DNA of 40,000 bases from Ramlibacter tataouinensis (GCA_002427815.1 DIZF01000066.1:54542-94541), one strand, 5' to 3'. Shown: positions 11,670 to 20,504, counted from the first letter of the stretch. Program-made: numbers and translations. The notes: generated from the sequence alone by a model not told the origin.

Positions 11670-13715
11670 ATGAAGGCGATACGTGCCCTCCTTGTCATGG
11701 TTGCCGCGTTGACGGTGCTGGGTGTGCAAGCCCAGCAGGCGACAGCGCACCTGAACCTGGAGCTAAGCCTCGACCCGCTCACCAGGAAATTCGAGGCCAA
11801 GGCGGATCTGACAACCACCGGTCGGGTGGACTTGGCGCTCGACCCGCTGTTCAAGGTTTCCCATGTCACGCTGAACGGCGTGAATGTGCCCGTCGAGAGA
11901 CCGGCGGCCTCGAGCCTTGGCCCGGGGTCTGCGCAACAAGCTGCAAGCGGCGCGCCACAACGCCTCAGGATGGAGTATTCCGGCACCTTGCCGGCGCTGC
12001 CCCAGGGCCAGCAAGGCAACTCGCCCAATCCGGCCGGCCTGTTTGCCTCGCCTGAGGGCAGCTTTCTGGCGGCCGGTGCCGGCTGGTACCCCGACCCGGG
12101 CGTTCCATTCACTTATCGGGTGAGGCTGTCGCTGCCCGCCGGCCAGAAGGCCCTCGCACCGGGCCGGCAAACCCGCCGGAGCGAGAGCGGTGCCCGCTAC
12201 AGCGCGGAGTACAACTTCGATCATCCCGCCGAAGGCATCTGGGTCATGGCGGGCCCCTACCAGGTGGCGCAGCAATCCTTTGTGTTGGACGGCGGCAAGC
12301 CGGTCACGGTCAGCACCTGGTTTCACCCCGAGCTTTCCGGCCTTGCCGCCGATTACCTGCGCGACAGCGGCCGCTACATCCGGCGGTACAGCCGGCTGAT
12401 CGGCAATTACCCGTTCGAGGACTTCAGCATCGTCTCCAGCCCCTTGTCGCATGGCCTGGGCATGCCCAGCCTCACCTACATCGGGCGGGACGTCCTGCGC
12501 CTGCCCTTCATCCGTGCGACTTCGCTGGGGCACGAGGTGTTGCACAACTGGTGGGGCAACGGCGTCTATCCCGAATGGTCGGCGGGTAACTGGTCGGAGG
12601 GACTGACCACCTTCATGGCCGACTACGCCTTCCGGGAGGACGAGTCGGCGCAGGCCGCCCGTGAGATGCGCCTGAACTGGCTGCGCGACCTGGCTGCGGT
12701 CGCGCCGTCGGACGAGACGTCGCTGGTGGACTTCAAGTCGCGCAGCCACGGAATCTCCTCCGTGATCGGCTACGCCAAATCGGCGATGGTGTTCTTCATG
12801 CTGCGCGATGAAATCGGGCCACCGGCGTTCGAGCGGGGCATCCGCCTGTTCTGGCAACGCCACCGGTTCCAGACCGCGAACTGGAAAGACCTGGAAAGCG
12901 CGTTTTCCGAAGCGAGCGGTCGTGACCTGTCGGGCTTCTTCGCGCAATGGACCACTCGCCCGTCTTCCCCTCGACTGGTCCTCGCCCCCGTGGAGAACCC
13001 GGCGGCAAGCGGCGGTCTCCAGCTGGTTCAACAGGGCGATGTGTTTGACCTGCTGGTGCCGCTGCGCATCCGGATGGCTTCGGGCGAAACACGCGAGCTG
13101 AAGGTGCGGGTGCGGGACAGGCAAACCGTCGTCGATCTGTCTTCGGCGTCGCTTCCGGCCGGAGACAAGGTTGTGGAACTCGACCCCGAGTTGCGTCTCT
13201 GGCGCCGATTGGACCCGCAGGCCCTGCCGCCCATCTTTCGGGAGGCGTTCATATCCCCCCGTTCGCAAGTGTTCCTGGCCAGGCGCAGCCCGGAGTGGAC
13301 CGCGCCGGCCGTGGCCCTTGCGGAAAGGTTGCTGGACTCCCCGGCGCGCCAGGTGTCCGAGGCCGAACTGCTGTCTTCACCCGGAGCGCCCGCGCTCGTG
13401 GTGGGTGACCGCGACAGCATCGTGCGGTTGCTTTCAACGCTGGGCCTGGGCGGACTGCCCGATGTGCTGTTCCAGGAAAACCCGGCCAATCCGATCGACC
13501 CGCGCCCGCTCAAGGGCTCTGCACAGGCATGGACCGCGCGTGCGGCCAACGGCAAGACCTTCGCCTTCGTGATGGCCGACGACCCTTCGAAGCTCGGACC
13601 GCTGCAGCGGTCGATGCCACACTACGGCCGGCAGAGCTGGCTGGCGTTCCAGGATGGGCGAGTGGTCGGCCAGGGAGCCTGGCCGGCGCCGGCGCAGACT
13701 CTGGCCATCCGATAA
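11670..13715 (+). CDS. Secreted M1-family zinc metallopeptidase
   Basis: Signal peptide MKAIRALLVMVAALTVLGVQAQQ. HEVLH is encoded at 12531-12545, followed by NWSEGLTTF (HExxH-x18-E gluzincin motif). Confidence 0.8.
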   Translation: MKAIRALLVMVAALTVLGVQAQQATAHLNLELSLDPLTRKFEAKADLTTTGRVDLALDPLFKVSHVTLNGVNVPVERPAASSLGPGSAQQAASGAPQRLRMEYSGTLPALPQGQQGNSPNPAGLFASPEGSFLAAGAGWYPDPGVPFTYRVRLSLPAGQKALAPGRQTRRSESGARYSAEYNFDHPAEGIWVMAGPYQVAQQSFVLDGGKPVTVSTWFHPELSGLAADYLRDSGRYIRRYSRLIGNYPFEDFSIVSSPLSHGLGMPSLTYIGRDVLRLPFIRATSLGHEVLHNWWGNGVYPEWSAGNWSEGLTTFMADYAFREDESAQAAREMRLNWLRDLAAVAPSDETSLVDFKSRSHGISSVIGYAKSAMVFFMLRDEIGPPAFERGIRLFWQRHRFQTANWKDLESAFSEASGRDLSGFFAQWTTRPSSPRLVLAPVENPAASGGLQLVQQGDVFDLLVPLRIRMASGETRELKVRVRDRQTVVDLSSASLPAGDKVVELDPELRLWRRLDPQALPPIFREAFISPRSQVFLARRSPEWTAPAVALAERLLDSPARQVSEAELLSSPGAPALVVGDRDSIVRLLSTLGLGGLPDVLFQENPANPIDPRPLKGSAQAWTARAANGKTFAFVMADDPSKLGPLQRSMPHYGRQSWLAFQDGRVVGQGAWPAPAQTLAIR

Positions 13716-13739
13716 GACGTCAACCAGGATTCGAAAACT

Positions 13740-15347
13740 ATGACTCCCACTTTTTCTTCTGCCGACGTGCGCCGGCGCCTGCAGGCGCGGCAGGAGATCG
13801 CCCTGATCGACCTGCGCGAGGAGGGCCCTTACTCGCAAGGCCATCCGCTGTGGGCCGCCAACATGCCGCTGTCGCGACTGGAACTCGAGGCCCGGCGCCG
13901 CATCCCCCGCCTGGACACGCTGATCGTGATCTATGGCGAATACGAAGGCGTGGACCTGGTCCCGCTCGCGGCGCAACGCCTCGCCGCGCTCGGCTACACG
14001 GGCGTGCATGTGCTCGAAGGCGGTCTGGGCGGATGGCGCGCTGCCGGGGGTGAACTGTTCCGCGATGTCAATGTGCCCAGCAAGGCGTTCGGCGAATGGG
14101 TTGAGCACCAGCGGCACACCCCCTCGCTGTCGGCGCACGAGGTGCAGGCGCTGATCGACGGACACGCCGACCCGGTGGTGCTCGACGCCCGCCGCTACGA
14201 CGAATACCAGAACATGAGCATCCCGACCGCCATCAGCGTGCCGGGGGCCGAACTCGTCCTGCGGGTCCGCGAACTGGCGCCGGATCCCAGGACCCAGGTC
14301 ATCGTCAATTGCGCCGGCCGCACCCGCAGTCTCATCGGCACCCAGTCGCTGGTCAATGCCGGCATTCCCAACCCGGTCGCCGCGCTGCGCAACGGCACCA
14401 TCGGATGGAAGCTCGCCGGACTGGCGCTCGACCACGGTGCCTCGCGCCGGGCGCCCGCGCCGAGCAAAGCCAATCTGGCGATAGCGCAGGCGCAGGCGCG
14501 TGCCGTGGCGGGAAAAGCCGGCGTGCGCACGATTGCCTTCGAAAAGCTGTCCTCGCTGGCAGCGCCGGGGCGCACGGTCTATCGCTTCGACGTGCGCTCC
14601 CCGGATGAATACGAAGCCGGCCACCTCGCGGGCTTCGCCAGCGCGCCCGGCGGCCAGCTGGTACAGGAAACCGATCACCACGCGCCGGTGCGCGGAGCGC
14701 GCCTGGTGCTTGCGGACGACGAGGGCGTGCGGGCGCCGATGACGGCGTCCTGGCTGGCGCAAATGGGCTGGGAGGTCCATGTGCTGGAGCCGATGCCGTC
14801 ATTGACGGGCCAGGAGCCCGGTGCGCCGCTGACGCCTGGCGTGGCTGCACCGGCTGCAGCCGAGCTATCGGTCACGACCTTGTCGCAGTGGCTGCAGGAA
14901 ACGCCGGCTACTGTCGCTGTGATCGACGTATCCACCAGCGCCAGCTATGCCGCAAGGCACATCCCGGGCGCGTGGTTCGCCATTCGGGCGCAGCTTGCCC
15001 AGGCGCTGGACCGCATTCCCCCTGCGACCCGGTACGTGGTGACGGGCGACAGCAATGCGCTTGCCGCCTTCGCTGCCCAGGATTTGCGGGGGCTGCTGGT
15101 GGATCGCCGCAGCGATGGGCAGGCATGGCTGCTGGCCGGCGGCAACGCAGCCTGGTGGGCGGCCGGGCTGCCGGCCCAATCACAGGAGCAGCGCCACGCT
15201 ACGCCGCCGGTGGACCGCTATCGCCGCCCCTACGAAGGAACGGCCGCGCCGACGCAGGCGATGCAGGACTATCTGGACTGGGAGTTTGGATTGGTGGCGC
15301 AACTGGAGCGCGACGGCACCCATTGCTTCAACGTGCTGGCCGCGTAG
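13740..15347 (+). CDS. Multi-domain rhodanese-like sulfurtransferase
   Basis: Repeated rhodanese-like segments. The active-site loop is VNCAGRTRS (Cys-x4-Arg). Confidence 0.75.
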   Translation: MTPTFSSADVRRRLQARQEIALIDLREEGPYSQGHPLWAANMPLSRLELEARRRIPRLDTLIVIYGEYEGVDLVPLAAQRLAALGYTGVHVLEGGLGGWRAAGGELFRDVNVPSKAFGEWVEHQRHTPSLSAHEVQALIDGHADPVVLDARRYDEYQNMSIPTAISVPGAELVLRVRELAPDPRTQVIVNCAGRTRSLIGTQSLVNAGIPNPVAALRNGTIGWKLAGLALDHGASRRAPAPSKANLAIAQAQARAVAGKAGVRTIAFEKLSSLAAPGRTVYRFDVRSPDEYEAGHLAGFASAPGGQLVQETDHHAPVRGARLVLADDEGVRAPMTASWLAQMGWEVHVLEPMPSLTGQEPGAPLTPGVAAPAAAELSVTTLSQWLQETPATVAVIDVSTSASYAARHIPGAWFAIRAQLAQALDRIPPATRYVVTGDSNALAAFAAQDLRGLLVDRRSDGQAWLLAGGNAAWWAAGLPAQSQEQRHATPPVDRYRRPYEGTAAPTQAMQDYLDWEFGLVAQLERDGTHCFNVLAA

Positions 15348-15388
15348 TGGTCCGGCCGCGAAACTCCGCGTCGAACTCAGCGTCGAAC

Positions 15389-16258
15389 TCAGCGTCCTTC
15401 CTGAACCGGCGTTGCGGCCCCGCCTGCCTGCGCCGCCAGCGAAACCGCGACCGCCGCCGCCGGGTTCATGCTGTCGACCATCGAACTCGGGATCAGGATG
15501 GTCGTCCCCCGCTCCTTGGTGGTCTCGTAGATGATGTTCATCGCACGCAGCTGCAAGGCGCCCGGCTGCTCCGCATAGATCCGCGCCGCCTCCACGAACT
15601 TGCCCGCAATCTCCGCCTCGGCCGCGCCGAGAATGACGCGGGCCTGCTTCTCGCGTTCGGCCTGCGCCTGGCGCGACATGGCGTCCTGCAATGCCACGGG
15701 GATGGCCACGTCGCGGATCTCGACCGAACGCACGGTGATGCCCCACTCGCCGGTCTTGCTGCCGATATCCTCGCTCAGCTTCTGGTCGGCCGCACGGCGG
15801 TCGGACAGCAGCGCGCCCAGCATCGACGAGCCGATCATCTCGCGCAGGGAGGTCTGCGCCACGCGATCGATGGCCAGCCGGTAATCCGTGATCGCCAGCG
15901 CCGCCTTCTGCGCATCGTGCACATGCCAGAAGATGATGGCGTCCACGTTCACCGGCACCGTATCCCGCGTCAAGGCCTGCTCGGCATTGAAGGCGGTGGT
16001 CTGGATGCGCTCGTCGATCACGGCCACCACGTTGTCCACGATGGGAATGATCATGAACAGGCCGGGGCCTCTGACGCCCTGCAGCTTGCCGGCGCGCAGC
16101 ACCACGAACTTCTGCCAGGTGTTGGCCATCTTGAGCGACAGCGCGACGATCCCTGCCAGGACAAACAGGGCGATGCCCAAGCCCAACCGTCCAGTGGCCG
16201 CGGCCAGGGCGCCGGGCGCCGCGATGATGACGACAACAAAAAGGGTGATCGGGTTCAT
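15389..16258 (-). CDS. SPFH/Band-7 (stomatin-like) membrane protein
   Basis: The start at 16258 (MNPITLF...) follows AGGAG on the minus strand. It has an N-terminal TM helix, then FVVLRAGKLQGVRGPGLFMIIP..., and a coiled-coil QAQAEREKQARVI. Confidence 0.85.
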   Translation of the reverse strand: MNPITLFVVVIIAAPGALAAATGRLGLGIALFVLAGIVALSLKMANTWQKFVVLRAGKLQGVRGPGLFMIIPIVDNVVAVIDERIQTTAFNAEQALTRDTVPVNVDAIIFWHVHDAQKAALAITDYRLAIDRVAQTSLREMIGSSMLGALLSDRRAADQKLSEDIGSKTGEWGITVRSVEIRDVAIPVALQDAMSRQAQAEREKQARVILGAAEAEIAGKFVEAARIYAEQPGALQLRAMNIIYETTKERGTTILIPSSMVDSMNPAAAVAVSLAAQAGGAATPVQEGR

Positions 16259-16356
16259 CGTGGAACTCCTGCAGGGATGATTTTTGCAGTGTACGCCGCG
16301 TGTTGCTGCTGGCCAGGGGGTCGGCCAGAAGCAGATCTCAACCGCCAGCCATCGAG

Positions 16357-16965
16357 TCAAGAGGACTGAGGGAGTCCCAGGTTTCGGTCGTGCTCCCATA
16401 CAGCATGGGCGGCAGCCAACTGCGCCTTCAGATGCGCCGCCAGGCTGCGGGGCAACATGACTACGAGATCCTTGCCGCCCTTGCCGTCGCGCACTACCAG
16501 CGCAGCGCGCTCGAAATCGACATCCTTGACCCGCAGACACAAGCCCTCGGTCAGACGCATACCCGTGCCATACAGCAACTTGCCCAGCAGGGCCATCTCG
16601 CCATCCAGCGCGCCCAGCAGCGCGGCCACTTCGCTTTGAGTCAGAACGCAAGGGATCCGCCGGGCTCGTGTCGGCCGCTTCAAGTCTTCGAGCCATGGCA
16701 GGGCGACGCCCAGGACATGGCGGTACAGGGAAAGCAACGCGCTGAGCGCCTGGTTGTGGGTGGACACGGACACATTGCGCTCGGTGGCCAGCATCGTCAA
16801 AAAGGCGCGAACCTCCTGCGCACCCATTTCGCGCGGATGGCGCATCGTCCCGGATCGGCCGTGCCAGCGGATGAAGAAACGAATCCAATAGCGGTAAGCC
16901 TGCTCGGTTCGCAGGCTATAGTGCCGGTAGCGAAGCACCTCGCGAACCTGGTCCAGCAGGCGCAA
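16357..16965 (-). pseudogene. intI: Integron integrase fragment (N-terminal ~200 aa only; no ATG)
   Basis: LDQVREVLRYRHYSLRTEQAYRYWIRFFIRWHG...VSVSTHNQALSALLSLYRHVLG..LPWL...LLYGTGMRLTEGLCLRVKDVDF...VRDGKGGKD matches my recollection of IntI1 (recalled, not aligned). It stops before the IntI-specific insertion and the His-Arg-His-Tyr catalytic half. It starts at TTG directly after an in-frame TAA. Confidence 0.8.
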
Positions 16966-16996
16966 AGGCTGGGCGACATTACGTTAGAGGTTTTCC

Positions 16997-17545
16997 ATGA
17001 CCCAAGCATTGCTTCTCATCGACATTCAAAATGACTACTTCCCTGGCGGGGCTATGGAACTCGTTGGGAGTCCACTAGCTGGAGTTCAGGGCGGGAAGCT
17101 ACTCCACGCATTCAGACAGAAATCTCTCCCGATTATTCACATCCAACACATCTCTACACGCCAAGGCGTAACTTTCTTCTTGCCAAATACGGCGGGCGTA
17201 CAAATAAACGAGTGCGTAGCGCCAAAAGTGGGCGAAACAGTGTTTCAGAAGAATTTCCCAAACAGCTTTCGTGAAACACCGCTGCTTGAGCATCTACGCA
17301 AGCATGACGTTACTCAGCTCGTTATCGCAGGCATGATGACCCAAATGTGCATTGATACAACCACGCGCGCCGCTACTGACCTTGGCTTTCAGTGCCTTCT
17401 AGCTCATGATGCGTGTGCTACAAAATCCCTGTCATTTAATGGCGTTACTGTATCCGCCGAGAACGTGCAAACTGCATTTCTTGCCGCACTCAATGGCTTG
17501 TTTGCACGGGTGCTGTCTGTGGAAGAAATATGCACCAACCTCTAA
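16997..17545 (+). CDS. Isochorismatase-family cysteine hydrolase (cassette 1)
   Basis: ALLLIDIQNDYFPGG...LVIAGMMTQMCIDTTTRAA is the isochorismatase/YcaC-type pattern. The RBS (GAGG) and the stop (TAA) both lie inside attC-derived core sequences. Confidence 0.85.
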   Translation: MTQALLLIDIQNDYFPGGAMELVGSPLAGVQGGKLLHAFRQKSLPIIHIQHISTRQGVTFFLPNTAGVQINECVAPKVGETVFQKNFPNSFRETPLLEHLRKHDVTQLVIAGMMTQMCIDTTTRAATDLGFQCLLAHDACATKSLSFNGVTVSAENVQTAFLAALNGLFARVLSVEEICTNL

Positions 17546-17604
17546 CCCGGCAGTCAACACGGACGCTGCGCGATAAAGCCGCGCAGCGCCGGTTACTTCT
17601 ACGT
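17539..17604 (+). other. attC site 1 (left 66 bp; the last 5 bp, TATCC, continue at 19503-19507 after the intron)
   Basis: R'' CCTCTAAC (17539-46), 6-nt spacer, L'' GTCAAC (17553-58), imperfect palindrome, L' GTTAC (17592-96), spacer TTCTAC, R' GT|TATCC. The left arm carries extra C, A and A bases, as expected for attC extrahelical bases. Confidence 0.8.
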
Positions 17605-19502
17605 GTGTGCCGTGCATGGCACGAATCCCGCCGGGTGCAAGTCCCGGTACCAAGTATCAGCAGAGCCGGAGGTTAGCCAAAGGGCAAGTGCGTCGTCGCG
17701 AGGGGGGGTGCGGAGGAAGCTCAAGGCGAAATCGCGGGGCGATGAACAAAAACCGGATATGAGGCGTGATGCATTCGGGGCGAGCGGGCACGTGACCGCC
17801 AAGCCCTCCATCTGCAACAGCGGCGGCGACGCCGTGGTGGATGCATTTTGTAAATCCGGCGCCTATGCGAGGAAGGATTCGTGTCTTACCACGGGAGATC
17901 TGCCCGGTGTCACTGCGGCGAGAGAAGCGGCGACTGAAGGTTGGGAAACCGGCTTTGACCGCTGGGCAGAAGTCAGCAAAGGGCGTACGAGGCCGGGGGC
18001 TCCCGGCCAAAGGCCCGAACGTAGCGAGAGCTGGGCACTGACATGAAGGGCGGCGGGACTGCACCAGACCTGCGAGGCGGGCCACACGGCTCGCTCTCGG
18101 CCGAGGCAGCGATGCCCCGGAGTGAACCCGGGGCCAATGACGGTCAGACAGCCCAGTCGATGCATGGCGAGTTGCTCGCGCGCGTTCTCAAACGCGCCAA
18201 CCTGCAACGCGCCCTCAAGCAAGTGCGCCATAACAAAGGCGCGCCGGGCGTCGACGGCATGAGCGTCGATGAACTACCCCAGTATCTGAAGCACCATTGG
18301 CTGGAGCTTCGCGCGCAACTGGAGGCGGGCAGCTACTGCCCGCAGCCGGTACGCCGCGTGGAAATCGACAAGGACGATGGCCGCAAGCGGATGCTGGGAA
18401 TTCCCACCGTGCTGGACAGATTTCTCCAGCAGGCCATTGCGCAGATCGTGAGTGCGCAGTGGGAGCCACACTTCCACCACCACAGCTACGGCTTTCGGCC
18501 CAAGCGCTCGGCCCACCAGGCCGTGCGCGAACTGCAGGCCCAAGTCCAGGCTGGGCGCAACTGGGTGGTTGATCTTGATCTGGAATCTTTCTTCGATCGA
18601 GTCAACCACGACCGGCTTGTGCACCGGCTTGCAACGCATGTGCCCGACGCGGCACTGCTCAAGCTGATACGCCGCTTCCTGAAAGCCGGTGCGTGGGTGG
18701 ACGGGCACGTGCAAGCCAGCGCCCGGGGCGTTCCGCAAGGCGGTCCCCTATCACCGGTGCTGGCGAACGTCCTGCTCGACGAGATGGACTGGGAATTGCA
18801 CCGGCGTGGCCACCGCTTTGCGAGGTATGCCGACGACTGCAATATTGCAGTGGCCAGTGAGCGTGCCGGCAAGCGGGTGATGGCTAGCGTAACGCGCTGG
18901 ATCGAAGAGTCACTGCGGCTCACAGTGAATTCACGCAAAAGCGCTGTGGACAGGCCCTGGAACCGCAAGTTCCTGGGCTTCACGCTCACTCGCCGGGACA
19001 AGAGACTGAAGGTGGCCGAACAGGCCATCGACAAACTCAAGGACCGCGTGCGCGAGTTGAGCCGTCGTACACGAGGCCACCGCTTGGACGCGATCGTGGC
19101 AGAGCTGAGGACTACCCTGCTTGGTTGGAAAGCGTACTTCGGCATCGCCGAGGTGTTGAGCCCTCTGCGCGACGTGGACAAGTGGATACGACGACGGTTA
19201 CGATGCTATCAATGGAAGCAGTGGGGACCCAGGGGCTACCGGGAATTGCGCAAACGAGGGGTGAGCGTGCGAGAAGCATGGAACACCAGCAAGAGCGCGC
19301 ACGGTCCCTGGCGCCTAGCCCGAACCCCCGCGCTGACGCTGGCGTTGCCGGCGAAATACTTCAGCCGTTTGGGACTGCCGCAACTGGCCCCTTACCAGGC
19401 CTGACTGGCAGTATGTATTCAACGCAACGAACCGCCGTGTACGTGACCCGTACGCACGGTGGTGTGGGAGGGAGGGGCCGTGAGGCTTCTTCCTATCCCG
19501 AT
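17605..19502 (+). mobile_element. Group II intron, bacterial class C-like, ORF-containing, apparently intact
   Basis: The 5' end is GTGTGCC. Domain V is 19432-19462 (CGC triad, 2-nt AC bulge). Domain VI is 19466-19499 with a bulged A at 19495, 7 nt before the 3' end ...CCCGAT. The RT/maturase ORF sits in domain IV. Length 1898 bp. Confidence 0.85.
18160..19404 (+). CDS. Group II intron reverse transcriptase/maturase (no endonuclease domain)
   Basis: NKGAPGVDG, RMLGIPTVLDRFLQQA, SYGFRPKRSAHQA, the YADD catalytic box (FARYADDCNI) and the maturase X domain (LLGWKAYFG) are present. There is no HNH tail. The ORF is open from 18043; ATG 18160 best fits typical N-termini. Confidence 0.9.
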   Translation: MHGELLARVLKRANLQRALKQVRHNKGAPGVDGMSVDELPQYLKHHWLELRAQLEAGSYCPQPVRRVEIDKDDGRKRMLGIPTVLDRFLQQAIAQIVSAQWEPHFHHHSYGFRPKRSAHQAVRELQAQVQAGRNWVVDLDLESFFDRVNHDRLVHRLATHVPDAALLKLIRRFLKAGAWVDGHVQASARGVPQGGPLSPVLANVLLDEMDWELHRRGHRFARYADDCNIAVASERAGKRVMASVTRWIEESLRLTVNSRKSAVDRPWNRKFLGFTLTRRDKRLKVAEQAIDKLKDRVRELSRRTRGHRLDAIVAELRTTLLGWKAYFGIAEVLSPLRDVDKWIRRRLRCYQWKQWGPRGYRELRKRGVSVREAWNTSKSAHGPWRLARTPALTLALPAKYFSRLGLPQLAPYQA

Positions 19503-19531
19503 TATCCGTCGAGTGGTGTCGACGTAGCGCC

Positions 19532-19828
19532 TCAGCGATCTTTCCAATATCCTGGGCGCCTACGGTGATGCGCAATAGCAAAGACGGTCACATTCCGGTC
19601 GACGACCTCATACATCACCGTGTACGGGAAATGCTTGCAGTGGTAGTGCCTGGTGCCATCCCCGTCTGCGGGCCAGTCTCTCGCCGTTTCGCTCAAACCA
19701 TCGATGGCATCGAACAGCTCGACCCGAAACGCATCGGCGGCAATTGGGCTTCGGTCGAAATACCAGAGGAATGCCTCGCGCGCCTCTGCCTCCGCTTCGG
19801 GCAGTACTTCAACGTCGAAGGAACTCAC
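19532..19828 (-). CDS. RelE/ParE-family type II toxin (cassette 2)
   Basis: 98 aa, with ...EAREAFLWY...HYHCKHFPYTVMYEVVDRNVTVFAIAHHRRRPGYW, the ParE/RelE fold pattern. There is a 4-nt overlap with the upstream antitoxin. Confidence 0.8.
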   Translation of the reverse strand: MSSFDVEVLPEAEAEAREAFLWYFDRSPIAADAFRVELFDAIDGLSETARDWPADGDGTRHYHCKHFPYTVMYEVVDRNVTVFAIAHHRRRPGYWKDR

Positions 19829-20049
19829 AGGGAGCTAAGGCGCTGGCGAACTTCAGCCCAGGGAGCGGCTTGCACTCGCCCGGCACGCAACTCCGCGCGG
19901 CGTCGGTTTACCTCGGCGCGCCACAGCTCAGAGACCGTCGCCTCGTCGGCCGTTTCGAGGCTGTCGAGGAGAGCAACCGCCAAGGCTGAGCGCTCCTCGA
20001 CCGGAAGGCCGAGGACCTCGTCCAGAAGGTGGTCTACACGCGCATTCAT
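19825..20049 (-). CDS. Addiction-module antitoxin (PF09720-like component)
   Basis: MNARVDHLLDEVLGLPVEERSALAVALLDSLE...ELWRAEVNRRRAEL. The longer ORF to 20112 would start inside attC2, so the ATG at 20049 is preferred. Confidence 0.7.
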   Translation of the reverse strand: MNARVDHLLDEVLGLPVEERSALAVALLDSLETADEATVSELWRAEVNRRRAELRAGRVQAAPWAEVRQRLSSL

Positions 20050-20093
20050 GGGGTTCAGTCTAGCACCGCGGGTGTCGTGCGGGAAGGGCTCGA

Positions 20094-20183
20094 CGGATAA
20101 CATATCAGTCAACGCGGACGCCCAATGGCGTCCCGCCGCTGCGCGGCGTCCTCTTGGGCGCCGGTTACTTTCATTCGTTATCC
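20094..20183 (+). other. attC site 2
   Basis: R'' CGGATAAC (20094-20101), spacer ATATCA, L'' GTCAAC (20108-13), imperfect palindrome, L' GTTAC (20164-68), spacer TTTCATTC, R' GTTATCC (20177-83). Confidence 0.8.
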
Positions 20184-20205
20184 CTGGACCGGGGAGCCTC
20201 GCGAC

Positions 20206-20234
20206 TTGACATATAGTACGTTTAAACGTACGAT
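20206..20234 (+). promoter_or_regulatory. Cassette-internal promoter with palindromic operator for yefM-yoeB
   Basis: TTGACA (20206-11), 17-nt spacer, TACGAT (20229-34). The perfect 16-bp palindrome GTACGTTTAAACGTAC (20217-32) overlaps the spacer and the -10 element. Confidence 0.6.
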
Positions 20235-20258
20235 TGGCGCCATTTCGAGAGAATCATC

Positions 20259-20504
20259 ATGGCTATTCCCATTACAGCAAGTGCGGCGCGCGCCAGCCTG
20301 TACCGCTTGATCGACGAGGCCAGTCAGTCCCATCGTCCAGTGCTGATCGCAGGCAAGCGCGCTAGCGCCGTGCTCCTGTCGGCCGAGGATTGGGAGGCGA
20401 TCCAAGAGACGCTGTATCTTCTTTCTGTTCCGGGCATGCGCGAATCTATCAAGAAGGGCATGGCTGAGCCGTTGGACAAGAGCGCCAGAGAAGTCAAGTG
20501 GTGA
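20259..20504 (+). CDS. yefM: Phd/YefM-family antitoxin (cassette 3)
   Basis: MAIPITASAARASLYRLIDEA..SHRPVLIAGKR.SAVLLSAEDWEAIQETLYLLS.PG is the YefM pattern. Confidence 0.9.
   Translation: MAIPITASAARASLYRLIDEASQSHRPVLIAGKRASAVLLSAEDWEAIQETLYLLSVPGMRESIKKGMAEPLDKSAREVKW

Noticed and set aside
16259-16888. Upstream extension of the SPFH ORF to a 499-aa protein.
   Set aside because: The extra 210 aa are low-complexity and overlap the intI fragment in another frame. The conserved SPFH protein begins at MNPITLF (16258) with a good RBS.
18019-18024. ACGTAG inside the intron, complementary to the 5' exon end CTACGT (a possible EBS1).
   Set aside because: A single 6-mer match in 1.9 kb is close to chance expectation. 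Its position, very near domain IV, is late for an EBS1 loop. It needs a structural alignment, so it is not claimed.
17603-18231. ORFs of 147, 142, 122 and 66 aa inside the 5' part of the intron.
   Set aside because: They lie in ribozyme domains I-III of the group II intron, have no RBS or motif support, and overlap one another.
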